From NCBI GenBank assembly GCA_051439505.1, contig JBFRWI010000100.1, forward strand, positions 1 to 64,000: 64,000 bases of DNA, read 5' to 3'. This document shows, one piece after another, positions 1 through 8,022 of this stretch. The notes under the pieces are model-generated. The model was given only the letters and a program-made list of their open reading frames with translations, made no database searches and was not told where the DNA came from. The position numbers and the translations under genes were made by a program. The stretch's first letter is position 1. Each line of letters opens with the position of its first letter. This DNA is from Hormoscilla sp. GTDB taxonomy: Bacteria; Cyanobacteriota; Cyanobacteriia; Cyanobacteriales; Desertifilaceae.

Positions 1-923
1 GCCTGACAGAGATCGTCTCTCTACCGGAAGTTGCCGCTGTCAGCATCTCGACACCGCCATTCCTCCATTACGAGATGGCAAAGATCGTCCTGGAAGCCGG
101 CAAGCATCTGTTACTGGAAAAACCCACCACTCTCTCGGCAGAGGAGGCGAAGGAACTATACCAGCTGGCGGTGGCGAAAGGGGTAGTGACGGCGATGGAC
201 TTTGAATTTCGCTTTGTACCGGCATGGCAGCGGTTTCAGGAAATGCTAACCGAGGGTTATGTGGGAAACAAGCGTTTGGTGAAAATTGAATGCCTGGTTG
301 CCAGTCGTGCGGATGGGAATCGCCCTTGGAACTGGTATGCTCAAAAGGAGAAAGGTGGTGGCATGCTGGGGGCAATGGGTTCCCACCTGTTTGATTACAT
401 CCGCTGGTTATTTGGGGATATTCAGCGACTGTCGGCCCGGTTGATTACGGCCATTCCCCACAGACCTGACCCGAATGATGGTAAACTCAAACCGGTAGAT
501 GCTGACGATACCTGTCTGCTGATGCTGGAATTGACCGATCGCACCCCAGTACAAGTTTGTCTGAGTTCTGTCACCTATCAAGGCAAGGGACATTGGGTGG
601 AAGTGTATGGCGATCGGGGTACGATGGTCCTGGGCAGCAGCAACCTCAAAGATTATGTACATGGGTTTCAACTGCTGGCAGCACCGGCGGGAGAGTCATT
701 GAAGGAAGTGCAAATTCCCCAACGTCTGGAATTTCCCCAAACCTACAGCGACGGACGCATTGCCCCCTTTATTCGGTTAGTAGACGCCTGGGTAGAAAGC
801 ATCGATACAGGAGTTCCCATGACGCCTTCGTTACGAGAAGGGGTGTATTCTCAGCTGTTGATGGATTTAACCCATCAATCTCATGCTACTAACAGTTGGG
901 TGGATGTCCCAGAGTTATTGTAA
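1..923 (+). CDS. Gfo/Idh/MocA family oxidoreductase (5' end outside window)
   Basis: Frame open from window start (…VSISTPPFLHYEMAK…); LLEKP motif, GGGMLGAMGSH. Confidence 0.9.
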   Translation, partial: LTEIVSLPEVAAVSISTPPFLHYEMAKIVLEAGKHLLLEKPTTLSAEEAKELYQLAVAKGVVTAMDFEFRFVPAWQRFQEMLTEGYVGNKRLVKIECLVASRADGNRPWNWYAQKEKGGGMLGAMGSHLFDYIRWLFGDIQRLSARLITAIPHRPDPNDGKLKPVDADDTCLLMLELTDRTPVQVCLSSVTYQGKGHWVEVYGDRGTMVLGSSNLKDYVHGFQLLAAPAGESLKEVQIPQRLEFPQTYSDGRIAPFIRLVDAWVESIDTGVPMTPSLREGVYSQLLMDLTHQSHATNSWVDVPELL

Positions 924-1073
924 AATTGGGTCGAGGGTTGACGCTTGTTACCCCACCAGAGTGAGTTGGACCCTACCCCACCCTGCCTTTGTCACGAAGG
1001 TAGGGCAACTTCAAGCATACCATTTATAATACTATGTAGTTTTGTCGGTATGAGCACAGGGGGCTAAGTAGAT

Positions 1074-2102
1074 ATGTTAAAAAATAATCATAATCGAAAT
1101 CTTGTCGGGATTATCGGCACGATCGTGGCGATCGTCACAGCACTTAGTGCTGTGGTTGGTATTCTGACTTACTTCAACATCACACCTGCAAGTTGGCTCA
1201 AGTTATGGGCAAAAGCCACGAAGGTCGAAACTCTTTCGGGCCATGCACGCAGAGTCACTGCGGTGGCGTTCGGTCCGGATGGTAAAATTATCGCTAGTAG
1301 CAGTAGTGACGGGACGATCAAAGTCTGGGATAGCAAGACATTTCAGGACATCGCTACTTTCCATAGTGATGCAGGTACTGTCAATTCTGTGGCTTTCAGG
1401 CCGGATGGTAATATTTTAGCCAGTGGGGGTGGGGAAATGCAACTATGGAATTGGCAAACTAAGAAGGAAATAAATAGTAAGAAGCATGACTGGTGGTCAG
1501 ATACTATCATCTATGCTGTGGCCTTCAGTCCCGATGGCAAACAGCTAGCTACTGGGGCTAATGACAAGAGTATCAAACTTTGGAATGAGACACTTGGGGA
1601 AAATGCTACTTTTGCGGATCATTCTGACAGAGTTAATTCGGTAGCTTTCAGTCGGGATGGTAAAATGTTAGCTAGTGGGAGTCGGGATAAAACGATAAAA
1701 CTATGGAATATGAAGACAAAAAGGAAAATTGCTACCCTGGAGGGACATGGAGGCACGGTTAATTCGGTAGCTTTCAGTCGGGATGGTAAGATATTAGCTA
1801 GTGGCAGTGATGATAAGACGATTAAAGTATGGGATCCTGAGACATTTCAGGCGATCGCTACCTTGATGGGGCATACAAATGGAGTCAGGTCTGTTACTAT
1901 TAGTCACAATGGTCAGATGTTAGCTAGTGGTAGTTTAGATGGCACGATTAAACTCTGGAATCTCCAGACACAAGAGGCGATCGCCACCCTGAAAGACGAG
2001 GAATATTCACGGAGTATCAATGCTGTTGCTATCAGTCCCAACGGGAAAATTTTAGTCAGTGGCAATAACGATGGGACGATCACTATTTGGCAGTTGCGAT
2101 GA
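1074..2102 (+). CDS. WD40-repeat protein with N-terminal TM anchor
   Basis: Hydrophobic N-terminus, ~7 GH…VAFS.DG..LASGS.D.TIKLW repeats. Confidence 0.92.
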   Translation: MLKNNHNRNLVGIIGTIVAIVTALSAVVGILTYFNITPASWLKLWAKATKVETLSGHARRVTAVAFGPDGKIIASSSSDGTIKVWDSKTFQDIATFHSDAGTVNSVAFRPDGNILASGGGEMQLWNWQTKKEINSKKHDWWSDTIIYAVAFSPDGKQLATGANDKSIKLWNETLGENATFADHSDRVNSVAFSRDGKMLASGSRDKTIKLWNMKTKRKIATLEGHGGTVNSVAFSRDGKILASGSDDKTIKVWDPETFQAIATLMGHTNGVRSVTISHNGQMLASGSLDGTIKLWNLQTQEAIATLKDEEYSRSINAVAISPNGKILVSGNNDGTITIWQLR

Positions 2103-2189
2103 AAATGGGTGCCAGTATGATAGCATGAGGGTGAAGGGTTTACTGTTTCGGGATGTCCCCCAGGTGCGATCGGGCGGCAAGTAATATCT

Positions 2190-3209
2190 ATGTTTAAAAA
2201 TCATAGCAACCGTAATCTTATACTGTCGATCGCAACGATTATTACATTAATCGGTACGGTCGTTGCTGCGCTAGCTTACGTGAAAATGAAACCGGAAATT
2301 TGGTTAAAGTTATGGCCGAGGGCGACTCTGATAGAAACGATTTCGGGGCATTCAGGTCCGGTCACGTCGATCGCGATCGGTCCGGATGACAAAACTTTAG
2401 CCAGCAGCAGTAGTGACGGCACGATTAAACTTTGGAATCTGCATGATTTTGAGGAAATGGCTACTTTTGTGGCCACTGAAGGTATGGTCACTTCTGTTGA
2501 TTTCAGTCCGAATGGCAAGATGTTAGCCAGTGGTGGCGATCGCATAAAACTCTGGAATGCCGAGACGAAGCGGAAAATAGCGACGAAGAGGCATTCATGG
2601 TGGTCCTATAGGGTGAATTGCGTTGCTTTCAGCCCGGATGGCAAGCAGCTTGCTAGTGGGGGTGACGACCAGAAAATTAAAATCTGGGATCCAGAGAATC
2701 TTTGGGAAATAGCTACTTTCTCGGAACATTCAGACTGGATTAATTCCCTAGCTTTTAGTCCGGATGGTAGTATTTTAGCTAGTGGCAGTCGGGACCAGAC
2801 GATTAAACTCTGGAATTTAGAGACAAAGCAGAAAATTGCTACTCTCACGGGCCATTCAGGTACGGTTAATTCCCTAGCTTTCAGTCGGGATGGTCAGATG
2901 TTAGCTAGTGGTAGCAAAGATCGCACGATTAAAATATGGAATCTGGAAACCAAACAGGCGATCGCTACCCTGATAGGACATGCAAACGCGATTAAAACTG
3001 TGACGATCAGTCCCAATGGTAAGATTTTAGCTAGTGGGAGTTTAGATGGCACGATTAAACTTTGGAATCTCCAGACACAAGAGGCGATCGCCACACTGAC
3101 TGAATCGGAAGATTCAGGGGGGATAAACTATATTGCTATCAGTCCCAATGGTAAGATTTTAGTCAGTGGCAGTCAGGATGGGACGATCGACATTTGGCGA
3201 GTGAGATAA
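2190..3209 (+). CDS. WD40-repeat protein with N-terminal TM anchor (tandem paralog of 1074..2102)
   Basis: Same architecture, near-identical stretches with upstream gene. Confidence 0.92.
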   Translation: MFKNHSNRNLILSIATIITLIGTVVAALAYVKMKPEIWLKLWPRATLIETISGHSGPVTSIAIGPDDKTLASSSSDGTIKLWNLHDFEEMATFVATEGMVTSVDFSPNGKMLASGGDRIKLWNAETKRKIATKRHSWWSYRVNCVAFSPDGKQLASGGDDQKIKIWDPENLWEIATFSEHSDWINSLAFSPDGSILASGSRDQTIKLWNLETKQKIATLTGHSGTVNSLAFSRDGQMLASGSKDRTIKIWNLETKQAIATLIGHANAIKTVTISPNGKILASGSLDGTIKLWNLQTQEAIATLTESEDSGGINYIAISPNGKILVSGSQDGTIDIWRVR

Positions 3210-3215
3210 AAATCG

Positions 3216-3271
3216 TTCGTAGTAAGCACTAAAGTGCTTCTGGGGGAAAGACTAAAGTCTTTACTACGAAC
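3216..3271. repeat. Palindromic REP-like element GTTCGTAGTAA…TTACTACGAAC between convergent genes
   Basis: Inverted repeat; related half sites near 63480 and 63855. Confidence 0.7.
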
Positions 3272-3281
3272 CTATTAACTG

Positions 3282-3911
3282 TCAGATTTCGTTTTTCTTT
3301 GCTAAGGCATTTACCGCTGCTGCGGCGATCGCACTTCCTCCCCGTCGTCCATGGAGGGTGATAAAAGGAACTCCCCGGCTATTCGCTGCTAGTTCGGCTT
3401 TCGATTCTGCGGCCCCCACAAACCCAACCGGAAATCCTAAAATTAGGGCAGGTTTGGCAATTCCATTATCCAGCAGTTCTAGTAAGTGAAAAAGGGCAGT
3501 TGGGGCATTGCCAATGGCGACTACTGCACCTAATAAATGGGATTTCCATAATTCGATCGCTGCCGCCGATCGCGTATTTTGGATTTGTCGGGCTATTTCT
3601 GGCACTTCTGGATATTTGAGGGTGCAAATTACTTCATTATTCCCACTCAACCGATCGCGGATAATCCCATTTGCTACCATTTGAGAATCACATAAAATTG
3701 GCGCACCCTTGCTTAATGCTGACGTTCCTGCTGACACGGCATCGGGTGAAGCGGCTAAATCTGCTATAATATCTGTCATGCCGCAGGCGTGAATCATCCT
3801 TACTGCCACTGGGGCGAGATCGGCAGCTATTCTTTCTAGTTTCGCTTCCTCTCGAATCATAGCAAAGGATTGGCGGTAAATCTCATCGCCATTGCGAATA
3901 TAATCAATCAT
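3282..3911 (-). CDS. cobH: Precorrin-8X methylmutase
   Basis: MIDYIRNGDEIYRQSF start (ATG 3911), RMIHACG, AIGNAPTAL, PVGFVGAAESK, GRRGGSAIAAAAVNAL. Confidence 0.95.
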   Translation of the reverse strand: MIDYIRNGDEIYRQSFAMIREEAKLERIAADLAPVAVRMIHACGMTDIIADLAASPDAVSAGTSALSKGAPILCDSQMVANGIIRDRLSGNNEVICTLKYPEVPEIARQIQNTRSAAAIELWKSHLLGAVVAIGNAPTALFHLLELLDNGIAKPALILGFPVGFVGAAESKAELAANSRGVPFITLHGRRGGSAIAAAAVNALAKKNEI

Positions 3912-4044
3912 GGTCCAATTGTGAATTGCGAATTGTGAATGGAAAATTGTGCATGGATATCTGCTGTCGGACATTAAAATTGCATAGGTCGAGTTGCTAA
4001 TTTTTTTCTTTGGTTGAAAATTTTTGAATTTTGAATTTTGAATT

Positions 4045-5274
4045 TTGAATTATTTAAAGTGGCTTTCAATTGTTGGCATTGGCGAGGATGGACTGCTAGG
4101 AGTTAACCCGGTGGGGCGATCGCTGATTGACCGGGCAGAGGTCTTAGTCGGTGGAGAACGTCACTTAGCCATGCTACCAGAAGATTCACGAGAAAAACTT
4201 TTCTGGACTTCTCCTATTCAAGATTCGGTGCAGGAAATCATCCGTCGTCGCGGCCAAGCGGTCTGCGTGCTGGCCAGTGGCGATCCGATGTACTATGGCA
4301 TTGGAGTTACTCTTACTCGCCGGATCGCGATCGCCGAAATCACCATCGTACCATCTCCCTCAACCTTCAGTCTCGCCTGTAGTCGTTTGGGTTGGTCCTT
4401 AACGGAGGTGGAAACGTTGAGTTTGTGCGGTCGCGACCCGGCTTTATTGCATGGGATAGTTTATCTCGGGGCGAGATTATTACTTTTGAGTGCCGATGGA
4501 GGGACGCCCGCCACCGTGGCGAAACTCTTGACTGCCAAGGGATTTGGTGATAGTAAAATGGTGGTTTTAGAACGGATGGGGGGCCCCCAGGAACGATCGA
4601 TTGAGGGCGTTGCTTCATCCTGGAATATAACAGATGTAGCGGACTTGAATGCGATCGCGGTTACTTGCATCTCTGGACAATCTGTAATCTCCGTATCTCG
4701 GGTTCCCGGACTCCCCGATACAGCTTACCACCATGACGGACAGTTGACAAAACGGGAAGTTCGTGCCATGACTCTATCGGCCTTGGCACCCTCACCGGGA
4801 CAACTGCTTTGGGATGTGGGGGCGGGTTGCGGTTCCATTTCCATTGAATGGATGCGGTGCGATCGCCGAAATCAAGCTGTGGCGATCGAACGGCATCCGA
4901 CACGCTTACAGTATATAGCAGATAATGCGATCGCTCTGGGAACCCCCGGTCTGAAAATCATCTCTGGATCCGCCCCAGAGGCGTTGACAGATTTACCACA
5001 ACCAGATGCGATTTTCATCGGCGGAGGATTAACCGTACCAGGACTATTAGAAACCTGTTGGCAGGCCCTAACTGTAGGAGGCAGGTTGGTGGCAAATGCT
5101 GTCACGGTAGAAGGGGAACAAAAACTGTTTGAATACCAGAGTAAATGGGGCGGTGAATTAACTCGAATTGCCATCCAACGGGCGGAACCGGTGGGCAAAT
5201 TCACGGGTTGGAAGGCAATGGCCCCCGTAACCCAGTGGATCGTAGGGCGGGGCGATCGCCTGCCCGAAACCTAG
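4045..5274 (+). CDS. cobL: Bifunctional precorrin-6Y methyltransferase/decarboxylase CbiE-CbiT
   Basis: IVGIGEDG, LASGDP, GQLTKREVR, WDVGAGCGS, FIGGG; TTG start. Confidence 0.93.
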   Translation: MNYLKWLSIVGIGEDGLLGVNPVGRSLIDRAEVLVGGERHLAMLPEDSREKLFWTSPIQDSVQEIIRRRGQAVCVLASGDPMYYGIGVTLTRRIAIAEITIVPSPSTFSLACSRLGWSLTEVETLSLCGRDPALLHGIVYLGARLLLLSADGGTPATVAKLLTAKGFGDSKMVVLERMGGPQERSIEGVASSWNITDVADLNAIAVTCISGQSVISVSRVPGLPDTAYHHDGQLTKREVRAMTLSALAPSPGQLLWDVGAGCGSISIEWMRCDRRNQAVAIERHPTRLQYIADNAIALGTPGLKIISGSAPEALTDLPQPDAIFIGGGLTVPGLLETCWQALTVGGRLVANAVTVEGEQKLFEYQSKWGGELTRIAIQRAEPVGKFTGWKAMAPVTQWIVGRGDRLPET

Positions 5275-5569
5275 GGATCTCGCGGCCCAAAAAGGTGGAT
5301 ATTGTCAGCTTTAAAATATGCCCAAAGATATATTCTTGAAGTGAAAAGCGAATGTATGATGGGAGAATCGTCCGCCATAAGTATGGGTAGGCATCAAGTA
5401 TGATGATGGCCACAGCAAGTGAAAGACGAGAGGGTTACAGGTTGCTCCCTAATAACGGTATTATGGGGGTAATGGGCTCTCAGAAGCGTATTCTCTAGTT
5501 GGGGGAGGCATCCATCCCGGGATATCACCCTCTAAAAAACCGTGCAATAGAAGAGAAAAAGAAAGGAAA

Positions 5570-6007
5570 ATGAAAAAAGCTCTGAAAATTGTTGCTTGTC
5601 TGGTCATAGCCATGACGGTAGCATTGGCAATGAATGTATCGAATGCTAGCGCACAACCAGCTAAATGCGATAAGTCTGCCGCACCAACTTGTAGTACAAT
5701 GCTATATCCTGGGGAATGTCAGAAGGTACCTCTGGGAGGATATGACTTGGCACAAATCGAGATCTCATTCCCTGAGGGATTACCTGTCCCAGGTATTTAT
5801 CCACCCCCAACAGTCTTTTACAATATTGACGTTTGTGATACCCAGGTATCAGCAAAACTAAATCTAGCAGCAACAGCGACATACGGTTTCAAACCACCGT
5901 TACCATGTCAGGGCCAGGTCTGTAACTATCAAGACCCAATCACCTGGGGATATCCCATGCCATTTGAACTTGAATGGAAGAATATCCCATCGGAATGGGA
6001 GAAATAG
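5570..6007 (+). CDS. Hypothetical secreted Cys/Pro-rich protein
   Basis: Signal peptide MKKALK…NASA, purine-rich RBS, six Cys in mature part. Confidence 0.7.
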   Translation: MKKALKIVACLVIAMTVALAMNVSNASAQPAKCDKSAAPTCSTMLYPGECQKVPLGGYDLAQIEISFPEGLPVPGIYPPPTVFYNIDVCDTQVSAKLNLAATATYGFKPPLPCQGQVCNYQDPITWGYPMPFELEWKNIPSEWEK

Positions 6008-6245
6008 TAGGGGATAGATGACAAGTAAATACCACCGAAAATGAAGGGCACCCAAAAGTAACCCAAGAATTTTTGGCTCGGTAACTACTGCATGCTGTAT
6101 TCTACCTGAGACAGTCCACAGAAAACCTATATCCAGCAAGGGCGATCGCATGTCCGAAGGCGATCGCCCTTGCACTTTTATAGTAACATTGATTTGACAA
6201 TGCAGGTGCAATCGCTCTAACATCTGTTTTTGTAGATATTAGCAA

Positions 6246-6286
6246 TGGTTAAGATATGACTAAAAAAAAGTTAAAGTTAATCTAAG
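6246..6286 (-). promoter_or_regulatory. Putative Pho box (SphR/PhoB), duplicate copy
   Basis: Four 8-mers at 11-bp period (CTTAGATT/TTTAACTT/TTTAGTCA/CTTAACCA) matching PyTTAAPyPy(T/A); identical to 7895-7935. Confidence 0.65.
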
Positions 6287-6373
6287 AATAGATTATCCTA
6301 GAGTTTGATAGCGCGAAAGGTTATCCAATCCCTAATATAGAGTGTGAGATCAATTGTAGTGAGGAGGAGACGG

Positions 6374-6700
6374 ATGACAAGGGGGACAAGGGGAAGTCGG
6401 TGAAATTGAAATCAAACAATTCGACATTAGCAATTAGCCATTAGCAATTAGCGAGCATTGTTGCAAAAATGCAAAAGTGAGATCCTCCCGATATGTTTAT
6501 CCTGGGACCGGGTAGTCAAACTTTCAGGAATGTGGATAAGCTGTCGCGCATCTAAACTGCATGTTGGGGCTGAGGTAAAAATCGAGGCAACCCACGAGAG
6601 GAGAGCGTTTCAGATCTAACGGCCATTTTTGCCTATGCAATTTAAATGCATCACAGCTTATCATCGCAGATTTTCGGCCCGGTCGGGACTTAATGGAGTA
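6374..6700 (+). pseudogene. Relic of the 5' end of the phosphatase gene at 8023
   Basis: RBS+ATG copied; fragments match 8220-8300 (GGGACCGGG.AGTCAAAC; GCAGATTT.CG.CC.GGTC.GGA.TTAAT); stop after 9 codons. Confidence 0.75.
6537..6660. mobile_element. MITE with ~26-bp imperfect TIRs and TA ends
   Basis: TAAGCTGTCGCGCATCTAAACTGCAT … ATGCAATTTAAATGCATCACAGCTTA inserted at a TA of the relic gene; related ends at ~3962-3990 and 43649-43678. Confidence 0.75.
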
Positions 6701-6755
6701 TAAATGACTTATACTCAAGCCATTGGCTTTAAATTAACATTAAATGGAGTAGGAC

Positions 6756-7712
6756 ATGAGTCAGGAATCTGGGCGCCAACTCAAATTGATGGTGGTTGAC
6801 GACGATCGCGACAACCTGGATTTGCTTTACCAGACGTTTATAACGGAGTTTCAAGTCTATAGGGCAGACAGTGGGATCGAGGCTTTGAAGGTCCTTGAGA
6901 AAGAAGGAGAAATGGCGTTCATCATTTCCGACCAGCAGATGCCGGAAATGAAGGGTACCGAATTTTTGGAAAAGACGCTCGAAAAGTTTCCCGATACGAT
7001 CGGGATTCTCCTAATAGAGGACATTGATGTAGAAGACTTGGTAGAAGCTATTAACGCCAGGAATGTTTTTAAGTGCATGGTCAAACCCTGGACCTCGACT
7101 GACCTGAAGGCAGCGGTGGAACAGGCGGCTGAAACCTACAAGGTAATCAAGAAAAGAAGGAAGGAATTAGCCGATGATGCGCGTTATTCGCGGTGTGGAA
7201 CCTCCCCCAGGATAGGACTTTTAGGTAATTTTGAAAAGAAAATTTTCAGCAAAAAGGCTCCAAACCGTGATGCTTCCGTAGAAAGTTGCACATCGCGTAG
7301 TCGCCCTATTCGCAAACTAAAATTGATGGTGGTTGACGACGATCTCTGGAACCTGGATTGTATTTACCGGAGGTTGAGAAAAGAGTTTAAAGTCTACAGA
7401 GCAGACAGTGGCATAAAGGCTTTGAAGATCCTCGAACAGGAAGGAGAAATGGCGATCGTAATTTCCGACCAGCAGATGCCGGAAATGAAGGGTACCGAAT
7501 TTTTGGAAAAGACGATCGGAGAGTTTCCCTATACGATCGGGATTCTCCTAATAGAGGACACTGATGTAGAAGACTTGGTAGATGCGATTAACGCCAGTAA
7601 TGTTTTTAAGTGCTATCTCAAACCCTGGAACCGGGACATTAATGAGCTGAAGGCAGTTGTGACACAGGGGGCTGAAACCTACAAGCTAATCAAGGGTCTT
7701 CGGTACGGCTGA
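6756..7712 (+). CDS. Tandem receiver-domain protein (REC-REC, atypical)
   Basis: Two copies of the REC domain of 14806..16479; acidic pocket, phospho-Asp and Lys kept, LLTGY replaced by LLIED. Confidence 0.8.
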   Translation: MSQESGRQLKLMVVDDDRDNLDLLYQTFITEFQVYRADSGIEALKVLEKEGEMAFIISDQQMPEMKGTEFLEKTLEKFPDTIGILLIEDIDVEDLVEAINARNVFKCMVKPWTSTDLKAAVEQAAETYKVIKKRRKELADDARYSRCGTSPRIGLLGNFEKKIFSKKAPNRDASVESCTSRSRPIRKLKLMVVDDDLWNLDCIYRRLRKEFKVYRADSGIKALKILEQEGEMAIVISDQQMPEMKGTEFLEKTIGEFPYTIGILLIEDTDVEDLVDAINASNVFKCYLKPWNRDINELKAVVTQGAETYKLIKGLRYG

Positions 7713-7894
7713 TAGTTAAAAACAGCCCTTAGCATGGCAGTGTAAGGCTTTAGCGATTGATTAAGCCATTTGATCTTCCTGAATGTATGCTAAGTGGCTC
7801 TCAGCCTTGCTGCCCAAGACTGACAACATGATTTTTTTGACAAAATACCATGCCTTTTAGACAAGTATGAGACTATTGTAGTAGATATTAGCTA

Positions 7895-7935
7895 TGGTTA
7901 AGATATGACTAAAAAAAAGTTAAAGTTAATCTAAG
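7895..7935 (-). promoter_or_regulatory. Putative Pho box upstream of alkaline phosphatase
   Basis: Four 11-bp-period PyTTAAPyPy-like repeats ~90 bp upstream of ATG 8023. Confidence 0.7.
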
Positions 7936-8022
7936 AATAGATTATCCTAGAGTTTGATAGCGCGAAAGGTTATCCAATCCCTAATATAGAGTCTGTACTC
8001 AATTCTAGTGAGGAGGAGACGG

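Noticed and set aside
3912..4044. Cobalamin riboswitch between cobH and cobL
   Set aside because: Region consists of heptamer repeats and a MITE end; no B12-box
7736..7815. Inverted repeat GGCAGTGTAAGGCT/AGCCTTGCTGCC resembling a CRISPR leader
   Set aside because: No repeat-spacer array follows; probably a MITE remnant
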